Assembly: GCA_016183325.1 (NCBI GenBank)
Contig: JACPEV010000011.1
Coordinates: 36,782-100,781 of the forward strand
Origin: Candidatus Curtissbacteria bacterium
GTDB taxonomy: Bacteria > Patescibacteriota > Microgenomatia > Curtissbacterales > GWA2-41-24
DNA: 64,000 nt
Reading direction: 5' to 3'
The translations under genes and the position numbers were made by a program. Positions 37,955 through 45,013 of the stretch are shown here, one piece after another. The notes under the pieces were generated by a model, which did not search any database, was not told the origin of the DNA, and saw only the letters and a program-made list of their open reading frames with translations. How positions within the stretch are numbered: the stretch's first letter is position 1; each line of letters starts with the position of its first letter.

Positions 37955-38085
37955 TGATGATAGACGGTAGAAAATAGATGGTAGATATAGATAATAGAAA
38001 ATAGATGGTAGAAGGTTGATATTCTATCTTCAAACTTCTATCATCAAAATCCATTATCTAGCTTCAACCGTCTACCATCAAACGT
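37955..38085. repeat. Inverted heptamer arrays without a gene (empty element)
   Basis: Purine-rich arm then pyrimidine-rich arm; shares GATGGTAGAAGGT and TCTATCATCAAAATC with 34026-34537. Confidence 0.8.
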
Positions 38086-38096
38086 CAGATCTTAAT

Positions 38097-39518
38097 ATGA
38101 ATCGCGTAATTCTCCATGTTGATTTAAATAGTTTTTTTGCGACCGCTGAGCAGCAGGCAAATCCGGTTTTGCGCGGTAAACCGGTAGGTATTACCAAAGC
38201 GGTTGGGCGTACTTGCATCATCGCGGCTTCAGTTGAGGCTAAACGTTGGGGAGTAACTACCGGTAGTAACGTTTATGATGCCAGAAAACTATGTCCACAA
38301 ATTATTTTGATACCTGCTGATTTTGATAAGTATGCGGATATTTCCATGCGTTTTATTGAAATTTGCAAAACATATTCGCCGCTTTGCGAAGTATTTTCTT
38401 TGGACGAATGTTTTATTGATGTAACGGAAACTGAAAAATTCTGGCATAACGTTTTTAATATTGCTTTTGAGATTAAAGATAGGCTGAGATCTGAGGTTGG
38501 TGAACGGATGACTGTATCTTGCGGAGTTTCCCACAACAGGCTTCTTGCCAAACTTGCTTCTTCGCAAATTAAACCGGACGGGCTTTTTTGGATAACTCGC
38601 GACAATGCAATTTCAACTTTAGATAAGTCGGATTTAACGGATGTGTGCGGTCTGGGATTTGCTCTAAATCGTCGTTTGCGAGATTTAGGCATTGATAGTT
38701 TTCCTAAGCTAAGATCAAAGTCACTGGTATTTTTGCATAAACATTTTGGGCCGTTCTGGTCAAAGCATCTTTATAATATCGCACGCGGAATTGATGAATC
38801 ACCGGTTGTGCCGACGGACGAAATACCTGATGCCAAAAGCGTTGGCAGAACTTACACAACACATAGGGACTTAACAAATAAAGATGAAGTTTTGCAGTTG
38901 ATGCGAAATCTGTGTGAAGAAACGACTGCTAAAGCTCGCATGATGGGTCTTGCGGGCAGATATGTAGGATTGACGTTAAGAGGATCGAGTCTTGAAACTA
39001 AATCCGAATACCAAAAATCGTTTTTCGAAGAAAACGGGACTCAATCCGAAACAAATTCTAATGTTCAAAATTCTAAATCCAAAACAGTTTCTAATTTAGG
39101 TAATTTGGATTTTGATATTGTTTCGAATTTTGAGATTCGTGCTTCGAATTTATACCGAGGAGAGCTTAGTTTTTATGGGCATCGGACATTAAAAAACTAT
39201 ATAGATGATGGGAAACGACTTTTTGATATATGCTTAGCAATTTGTAAAGAATGGTCTGTTTTTGCCGCAAAACCAAATGTGCGTTTTTGCGGAGTGACTT
39301 TGGGAATGCTTACTGAAGTGCGCTTTTTAACAACTCCCCTATTTTCTGCTGACAGACGGCGTCAAGACTTAGTAAAAACTATTGATCAGATCAACCGGAG
39401 ATTTGGCGATTATACTGTTTACCCTGGACAACTTCTGGGAATGCCGATTATTCGACCTGAGGTTAACGGCTACTTTGGCGACAAAGCCTACAGGCTTAAC
39501 TTTGTACCTCACGGGTAA
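38097..39518 (+). CDS. dinB: Y-family DNA polymerase IV
   Basis: ILHVDLNSFFA, AASVEAK, SLDECFID, LAKLAS, KPDG; start 38097 preferred. Confidence 0.92.
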   Translation: MNRVILHVDLNSFFATAEQQANPVLRGKPVGITKAVGRTCIIAASVEAKRWGVTTGSNVYDARKLCPQIILIPADFDKYADISMRFIEICKTYSPLCEVFSLDECFIDVTETEKFWHNVFNIAFEIKDRLRSEVGERMTVSCGVSHNRLLAKLASSQIKPDGLFWITRDNAISTLDKSDLTDVCGLGFALNRRLRDLGIDSFPKLRSKSLVFLHKHFGPFWSKHLYNIARGIDESPVVPTDEIPDAKSVGRTYTTHRDLTNKDEVLQLMRNLCEETTAKARMMGLAGRYVGLTLRGSSLETKSEYQKSFFEENGTQSETNSNVQNSKSKTVSNLGNLDFDIVSNFEIRASNLYRGELSFYGHRTLKNYIDDGKRLFDICLAICKEWSVFAAKPNVRFCGVTLGMLTEVRFLTTPLFSADRRRQDLVKTIDQINRRFGDYTVYPGQLLGMPIIRPEVNGYFGDKAYRLNFVPHG

Positions 39519-39664
39519 TACTTCAAAGTAACTGTTCACCGTTACTGTCACAACGCATATTGTTCGAGGCTGAAAGCCGAGAACTAAACTTCTCGCTCAC
39601 GCTCGAAGAGTAATAACGTATCAGCGATTGTGAGCTCTTACGTATCAAATGAGTTATTGACATT

Positions 39665-39795
39665 GTAAAAATTCTTCGACTGCGCTCAGAGTTTTTTATC
39701 TAATGAAGATCCTTCGATAAACTCAGGATGTTTACCTAATCTTTCGACTATGCTCAAGACGTTCAGTCGGTAAAAATTCTTCGACTGCGCTCAGA
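39665..39795 (+). repeat. Cluster of four CTTCGA...CTCAG REP-like palindromes
   Basis: GTAAAAATTCTTCGACTGCGCTCAGA exact at 39665 and 39770, two variants between. Confidence 0.85.
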
Positions 39796-39803
39796 ATCTT
39801 CAC

Positions 39804-40760
39804 CTAATCAGTGAAGACCTGCGTGAACATTTTGCCGTAGACTCCCCCGTCGATAGCGCCGATGCCGATTTTTTTAAAGGCAGGGTCAAGAATGTTACGC
39901 TTGTGACCCTCGCTGTTCATTAACCCAATATGAGCGCGCGTGACATCCGGTGCCAAAGCAAGATTCTCACCAGCCATGGTAAAACCAATATTTGCCCCCT
40001 CTAGTCTATCTCCCACGTCTTTGCCTTCGGGAGAGTAGTGCGAAAAATACCCTTTTTCAAACATATCTTTGGAATGATTTCTGCCGACTTGAGCGCGAGC
40101 TTCGTCCCAAACTAGCGGCTGAACTCCGTACTTAATTCTTTCTTGATTAACAAGTTCCAGCATTTTCTGCTCGCCGGCGTAGTCTATGGTCAGTTGCCTT
40201 TGAGTAAACTCAAGAGGAATCGAGCCTTTTTCTTCGGGTTTAACTGTTAAAAAAGTCAGGCTTTGTTTGGCGATGGGCCCAAAAATGCTACTTATGGGTT
40301 TTTCGAGGACAGAAGCACTGCTGACTAATGCGGAGCCAAGTTGAGAGTCGAATATGTCCTTTTTAATGTCGGGCCTTATGGGAAGCGAGGCCACAAAAAG
40401 AAGAATAAAAGCTAAAAATAAAAGCGCGTTGATTGTGGCAGGAATAAATCCGAAATATTTATTGATGGTATTTTTGTTAACTAATTGTAAAAGTCGGCCG
40501 AAAAAACCATTAAAGATCGTAAAAAAGAGACTCTCTATGATGATCCAAACCAATAAAAATCCAATAGGATTTGCAATGATCTTTGGTAAGTTAAAATATT
40601 TCGTGAGTAGTTGTGCTGAAAATGGGTAAAGATTGAGTGAAGCGATAAGAGAAACCAAAAAGCCGATTATTTCGATGACTTGAGCAAAAAAACCACGTCT
40701 TAAGCCTTCTAGGGCAAATGTGATAACAACAAGGATAATTAAAAGATCAACCCAGTTCAT
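39804..40760 (-). CDS. CvpA-family membrane domain fused to a CAP/SCP domain
   Basis: MNWVDLLI...GLRRGF; LVNQER...HSKDM...YFSH...GENLA...MNSEGHKRNIL. Confidence 0.9.
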   Translation of the reverse strand: MNWVDLLIILVVITFALEGLRRGFFAQVIEIIGFLVSLIASLNLYPFSAQLLTKYFNLPKIIANPIGFLLVWIIIESLFFTIFNGFFGRLLQLVNKNTINKYFGFIPATINALLFLAFILLFVASLPIRPDIKKDIFDSQLGSALVSSASVLEKPISSIFGPIAKQSLTFLTVKPEEKGSIPLEFTQRQLTIDYAGEQKMLELVNQERIKYGVQPLVWDEARAQVGRNHSKDMFEKGYFSHYSPEGKDVGDRLEGANIGFTMAGENLALAPDVTRAHIGLMNSEGHKRNILDPAFKKIGIGAIDGGVYGKMFTQVFTD

Positions 40761-40800
40761 ACATTAAATTATACCCAAAAAAATGAGAGAATTCTGAAGG

Positions 40801-40818
40801 GTGGCCCTACGGGGAGTC
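40801..40818 (-). repeat. Duplicated tRNA-Glu 3' end (18 bp)
   Basis: GTGGCCCTACGGGGAGTC identical to 41179-41196. Confidence 0.9.
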
Positions 40819-40885
40819 TACACTTCGCTCGAAATAGTTTTTTCGAGCTTCGAGTAGTTTATATTCCCTTGAACCATATTCTTCC

Positions 40886-41143
40886 CTAAAGTTTCTTTAG
40901 AGATTTAAGAAAATGTTTATACATAAAAGCAACTCCTGATCCTGATTTTAAGTATTTTTCAAAACCCAAAGCGTCAGCTTTCTCAACGAACGAGGAATAG
41001 TGCACAAGTTTGTAATTCAGGTTAGATTTTGTCGACTGAACTTTACCTGATAGATGTCTTTGGATACGTTTTCTTAAATCTGGAGTGTAACCTATGTAAT
41101 ATCGATTTGTAATTTCGTTAAATAAAATGTAAACGTAATACAT
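40886..41143 (-). CDS. Stand-alone GIY-YIG nuclease family protein
   Basis: YYVYIL...YYIGYT..LRKRIQRH...A..FEKYLKSGSG. Confidence 0.92.
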   Translation of the reverse strand: MYYVYILFNEITNRYYIGYTPDLRKRIQRHLSGKVQSTKSNLNYKLVHYSSFVEKADALGFEKYLKSGSGVAFMYKHFLKSLKKL

Positions 41144-41179
41144 TAGGGGTTTACTATCCGAAACTTTAGTGAAGGATAG

Positions 41180-41251
41180 TGGCCCTACGGGGAGTCGAAC
41201 CCCGCTTTGGACCTTGAAAGAGTCCCGTCCTAACCGATAGACGATAGGGCC
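41180..41251 (-). tRNA. tRNA-Glu(TTC)
   Basis: GGCCCTA/TAGGGCC acceptor, GGACT-CTTTCAA-GGTCC, GTTCGACTC. Confidence 0.93.
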
Positions 41252-41333
41252 TCAATCGAGATAATAGTGAATAGAAAATGGAAAATAGTCTAGTCACCAA
41301 GACCAGGAAAAAAGCCTAGCAATTTTACCACAA

Positions 41334-42011
41334 TTACCCTTGCTTCTTAAACTTCTCGACTACTGTTTCAAGTAAGGACCGTGCCACAGTTTGTCCACCT
41401 AACCCAAATGCTAAGCCTCCCGCAATCGCGAGCATAGCCACAAGTCCTGCAAATAAAATCCGCAATAATTCCTGGGCAACTCCCAGTTGGTGTAGCACTA
41501 AAAAAGCTACGAAAACTGTCAGGGACCAACGAGCCACAAGAGCCACAACGTGGGCGGTATCCCTTCCCAGTGAGTGACTTGCGCTATAAGTAACTCTATA
41601 AGCGAGTTTTGAGAGTACTATGCCAATTACTGCCAAAATTACTGCAACAACAACATTGGGGATATAAAGTAGAACCCGCGCCAGAACTGTATTGACAGAA
41701 TCGAGACGCCACGCCTGGAAAGTAGGAATCAGGAAAATAATTATGATTGTCCAGCGTGTAATTTCTGCCAAAACATCAGTCCATTCAATTTCTCTGCCTT
41801 CTACCTTGACTATTCCGTACTTCTCCAGATACCTTTCTATCTTTAGAGTCTTGAGAATGCCAACTATGACTCTATAGGCAATGGCTCCAGCTGCTAAGCC
41901 TATTGAAAGAACAATCAGTCCCCCCAAAAGGGAAGGAATAAAATTAATAAAAGCAGCCAAAGAGTTAATCACCACAGAAGAAACTGCTGTCGTTAAATCT
42001 TCAACGCTCAT
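41334..42011 (-). CDS. Conserved TM-helix repeat protein (MscS-associated/CmpX-like)
   Basis: FIPSLLGGLIVL, YIPNVVVAVIL, GLAFGLGG; RBS AAGGAGGTGA. Confidence 0.85.
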   Translation of the reverse strand: MSVEDLTTAVSSVVINSLAAFINFIPSLLGGLIVLSIGLAAGAIAYRVIVGILKTLKIERYLEKYGIVKVEGREIEWTDVLAEITRWTIIIIFLIPTFQAWRLDSVNTVLARVLLYIPNVVVAVILAVIGIVLSKLAYRVTYSASHSLGRDTAHVVALVARWSLTVFVAFLVLHQLGVAQELLRILFAGLVAMLAIAGGLAFGLGGQTVARSLLETVVEKFKKQG

Positions 42012-42064
42012 TTGATATCACCTCCTTTGCCCATAATCTGTATCTAATTTTAGTTTAGGGATAA

Positions 42065-42093
42065 TTGCCCCAAGAGTCAAAATCGTATATAAT
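42065..42093 (+). promoter_or_regulatory. Sigma70 promoter upstream of the tRNA/GIY-YIG cluster
   Basis: TTGCCC-N17-TATAAT. Confidence 0.55.
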
Positions 42094-42106
42094 TTAGATT
42101 CAAAAC

Positions 42107-42156
42107 GGGGGTATAGCTCAATTTAGTTAGATCCGGCGGTGCCGGACTTTGACGAG
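42107..42156 (+). pseudogene. tRNA 5'-half relic with inserted TCCGGC-GGT-GCCGGA hairpin (isotype unresolved)
   Basis: GGGGGTA-TAGCTCAATTTAGTTAGA, then hairpin, then CTTTGAC. Confidence 0.6.
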
Positions 42157-42185
42157 TGAACTCTAGTTTTTAGTTTTTGACAAAT

Positions 42186-42239
42186 GGCCCGCTAGCTCAA
42201 TGGTAGATCCGGCGAAGCCGGACTTTTAAGCGATTGGTT
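42186..42239 (+). pseudogene. Partial tRNA-Lys duplicate with hairpin substitution
   Basis: Identical to the 5' two-thirds of tRNA-Lys at 42489 except GCAATCGC replaced by TCCGGCGAAGCCGGA; T-arm and 3' acceptor strand absent. Confidence 0.85.
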
Positions 42240-42240
42240 C

Positions 42241-42498
42241 ATGTATACTGTCTACGTAATTAAAAGTGAATCGACGGGCAAAATATATATTGGTCAAACA
42301 GCAGTTAAAGTAACAAGATTAAAAAGGCACAATAAGGAGCTGCCTTATAATCCAAAAGGATTTACAGCAAAGAATGTAGGGCCGTGGAGAATTGTTTACG
42401 AAGAAACTTTTGAGACAAGAACAGAAGCATTAAAAAAAGAAAAATATTTAAAATCACACGTGGGACGCGATTACATCAGAAAAACATTGGCCCGCTAG
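42241..42498 (+). CDS. Stand-alone GIY-YIG nuclease family protein
   Basis: YTVYVIKS...IYIGQT...RLKRHN...GPWRIVYEE..A..KEKYLKS; stop codon lies inside tRNA-Lys. Confidence 0.92.
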   Translation: MYTVYVIKSESTGKIYIGQTAVKVTRLKRHNKELPYNPKGFTAKNVGPWRIVYEETFETRTEALKKEKYLKSHVGRDYIRKTLAR

Positions 42499-42560
42499 CT
42501 CAATGGTAGAGCAATCGCCTTTTAAGCGATTGGTTACAGGTTCGATCCCTGTGCGGGTCA
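42489..42560 (+). tRNA. tRNA-Lys(TTT)
   Basis: GGCCCGC/GCGGGTC acceptor, ATCGC-CTTTTAA-GCGAT, GTTCGATCC. Confidence 0.95.
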
Positions 42561-42675
42561 CTCTTCGACTCGCCCTGAGAGTAATCGAAGGGCTCGCTCA
42601 GAGTAAACTCGAGTTGAAGAACCCTGAGCGAATTATAATGTTGAGAGAATCGAAACATTAAATGAGTCGAAGGGC
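42561..42675. repeat. Nested CTTCGA/CTCAG palindromes
   Basis: ctcttcgactc[gccctgag..tcgaagggc]tcgctcagag and accctgagcg...gagtcgaaggg. Confidence 0.75.
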
Positions 42676-42934
42676 TAATGTATCTTGGTACGTATATATA
42701 GCTAAAGCAAAAACTGGCAGATATTACACAGGTATAACCACAAGTCCAGATAAAAGAATTATTAAACATAACTCCGGGAAGGGTTTAAAGTTTGCCATAG
42801 AGCAAGGCCCATTTGAATTGGTCTATGTCTCAGAAGCATTTCCAAATAAGTCAGAAGCAAGAAAACGAGAAATTCAAATTAAAGGCTGGTCGAGAGAAAA
42901 GAAATTAAAACTAATAAGCGGCGAGTGGAAATAA
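42662..42934 (+). CDS. Stand-alone GIY-YIG nuclease (YhbQ/UPF0213-like)
   Basis: WYVYI...YYTGIT...RIIKHNSGKG...ARKREIQIKGWSREKKLKL. Confidence 0.92.
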   Translation: MSRRANVSWYVYIAKAKTGRYYTGITTSPDKRIIKHNSGKGLKFAIEQGPFELVYVSEAFPNKSEARKREIQIKGWSREKKLKLISGEWK

Positions 42935-42945
42935 AATTGAAGTTT

Positions 42946-42965
42946 ACCCTGAGTTTATCGAAGGG
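42946..42965. repeat. CCCTGAG...TCGAAGGG palindrome downstream of GIY-YIG
   Basis: accctgagtttatcgaaggg. Confidence 0.75.
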
Positions 42966-43064
42966 CTGAAAGCGTTCCAGTACCCTTTGCCCCAACTATA
43001 TCTTTAACTTCGCTTTTTAACAAATCTATGTGTAAATGGAATTTTAGCCACAAAAGGCATATAA

Positions 43065-43658
43065 TTGCCGACTATGACTCCCGATTTGCGTCCTAGTGAT
43101 AACAACGAGGACGATAAACCAACTACGAGAGAAGAAATTGCTTTTGTGATTTTAACCTGGTTACAAGAAAGCCCTTCAGAGGTAGTTGAGGCAGCTGATT
43201 TGATGATGTGGGTTAGCGAAAATCATGCTCTGGTAAAGCTCCGTGATAGATTAAGAGATGCTTACTTAAAAGTGGATGGAGTAGAAGTAAGTGATTGGTT
43301 TACTCGTGGAGTTTCTGCAGCTTTTATGTATTTCCATGAAGTAGGTCAGGATATTGATAAAACGGACATACCTGTAATCACTCAAGGCACAATAGACTCA
43401 TTTAGATCAGATGCGGGAGAGAGTCGCAGGCAAAGGATGATTGCCTCAGAGTTTCTACTGGGAGATGAGTTAGCTGCAGAAAGATTACGGAGAGTAAATA
43501 AGATTTACGACCAAACGGATAAAAATCTACTGTTAATTTTAATGGAAACAAGGCTTAGGCCGGAAAATAAAGCAGTTTCGGAAAAAGCCCTAAGGGCTTT
43601 TCTGGAAGGTGGAATAATTGTGAATAATCTATTTGATAAGCAAGTACAATCTGCTTAG
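43065..43658 (+). CDS. Hypothetical helical protein
   Basis: 197-aa ORF; ATG at 43074 follows TATAAT. Confidence 0.6.
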   Translation: MPTMTPDLRPSDNNEDDKPTTREEIAFVILTWLQESPSEVVEAADLMMWVSENHALVKLRDRLRDAYLKVDGVEVSDWFTRGVSAAFMYFHEVGQDIDKTDIPVITQGTIDSFRSDAGESRRQRMIASEFLLGDELAAERLRRVNKIYDQTDKNLLLILMETRLRPENKAVSEKALRAFLEGGIIVNNLFDKQVQSA

Positions 43659-43849
43659 TTCAACGTCCGAGTAGGAGATAGTTTAGGTTTGAATTTTGAG
43701 ATAAAGCCAAATTTGTGTAAAGCGATTTTAGTCCACCGAACGCCTGGTTCCCTTTCGACAAGCTCAGTGCTTTAGCATTCCAATCCCTTCTTGTCCTCAG
43801 ATTTTCGAAGGGTGCCCCACTATCCATAAAAAGAAGATAATTGACGATT

Positions 43850-44284
43850 TTATTTAGAAGTAAATATTATCTTTTCTTCCGGTCTTCTTAACTCAATACC
43901 TTGGAATTGATCGAAAAATCCCTTTTGCCCCAGAATAGTTTGATTATGCGCCGAACTAAAATCCGCAAACGTTTCTATTGTCAAACTTTCAAAAAATATT
44001 TTTATTCCAAAATGACGATAGGCTTCAATTGGAGGCGCATCACCAATGCCTTTTATTCTTATAAGTGTCCCTTTTGTCAGATTTATACCCAACACTCTAC
44101 AAATATCTGCAGGAAATAAGTTGTAGTCTGATCCTGAATCAACTAACGCAGTCAATCTAATCATTTGTCCATGCTTATAATTCACTTGAACGTCTACTAG
44201 TGGCCTAAGAACTGTCGAGGGCTTACCTTTGGTATCTAAACCAGGCGACTCTTGATACCAGACGGTTATTTTTTTAGAAGTCAT
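43850..44284 (-). CDS. Retropepsin-like aspartic protease
   Basis: ALVDSGSDYNLFP, IKGIG, ILGQKGFF. Confidence 0.85.
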   Translation of the reverse strand: MTSKKITVWYQESPGLDTKGKPSTVLRPLVDVQVNYKHGQMIRLTALVDSGSDYNLFPADICRVLGINLTKGTLIRIKGIGDAPPIEAYRHFGIKIFFESLTIETFADFSSAHNQTILGQKGFFDQFQGIELRRPEEKIIFTSK

Positions 44285-44287
44285 AAA

Positions 44288-44473
44288 CTACGGAGAATAC
44301 GCAGTATCCGCCGGGGGTACTTTATAGAAAGTTGCCTTCTTCGCTTTTTGTTTGAGTTCATTCCACAATTTATTAAAGCTGCTTCCATGGGCAATTACTC
44401 TACTTTTGGAACGGTCAATCGCAACCCACTCATTGGCATATTTTGCCATATTCGCTATCCTTTTTCTCTTCAT
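44288..44473 (-). CDS. DUF5678-like small protein
   Basis: KYANEWVAI...VIAHG...L...L...FYKVP. Confidence 0.7.
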   Translation of the reverse strand: MKRKRIANMAKYANEWVAIDRSKSRVIAHGSSFNKLWNELKQKAKKATFYKVPPADTAYSP

Positions 44474-44794
44474 GCAAAGATAATTATACTACTGATCGGA
44501 TTTTGTTCAAGTTGTCATACATATTTGTTGAACCGGATTGACACGTGTCTCTTTTTTGCAATCAAACGATTAATAAAGTAGACGTGCCAAGGTGAGTCAA
44601 ATGGAAAGTGGATTTTTAACCTTTTTTATCCTGCTACGTGTCTTCCTTCTTTTATGGGTGCAATCCCAAGAGGAGCGGGTACGGCGGACACCGCTTCAAT
44701 CCAAAAATCTTAAATATGTATATTCTAATATTAGCAATTGATAAGCTTGGCAGTTTATGATATAATAACTTCGATTTTTAGGGAAAATAAAAAA

Positions 44795-45010
44795 ATGTCA
44801 GAAACGCGCAGCGAAAAATTTAAAAGACTTGCGACTTATCGTACCAACATAGTGCTGGAAAAACTCCGTATTCTTGGAAACCTATCTAACAAAACAAACT
44901 ATGATTACACAGATGAAGAAGTACATAAGATATTTTCTGCTATAGATGATGGCCTTAAAAGAGTAAAGGCTAAGTTTAGTTTAACGCGTAAACAACACTT
45001 TACACTTTAA
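44795..45010 (+). CDS. Small helical protein of a type often seen leading restriction/defence operons
   Basis: MSETRSEKFKRLATYRTNIVLEKLRILGNLSNKTNYDYTDEEVHKIF; promoter TTGATA(44738)-N17-TATAAT(44761). Confidence 0.7.
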   Translation: MSETRSEKFKRLATYRTNIVLEKLRILGNLSNKTNYDYTDEEVHKIFSAIDDGLKRVKAKFSLTRKQHFTL

Positions 45011-45013
45011 TCT

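Noticed and set aside
38016-38096. N-terminal extensions of DinB (also the four-helix-bundle 34441-34485, CorA 21601-21696 and LexA 21690-21725)
   Set aside because: They run through repeats or promoters; better starts exist downstream
39665-39795. CRISPR-like spacing of repeats
   Set aside because: Only two identical units; the inner units are degenerate palindromes of a dispersed family, spacers are too short and there are no cas genes
42186-42560. tRNA-Lys split by a group I intron encoding a homing endonuclease
   Set aside because: The downstream tRNA is complete by itself, the 5' part is duplicated rather than split, and there is no room for a ribozyme core
42500-42769. 89-aa minus-strand ORF
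   Set aside because: Antisense to tRNA-Lys, palindromes and GIY-YIG
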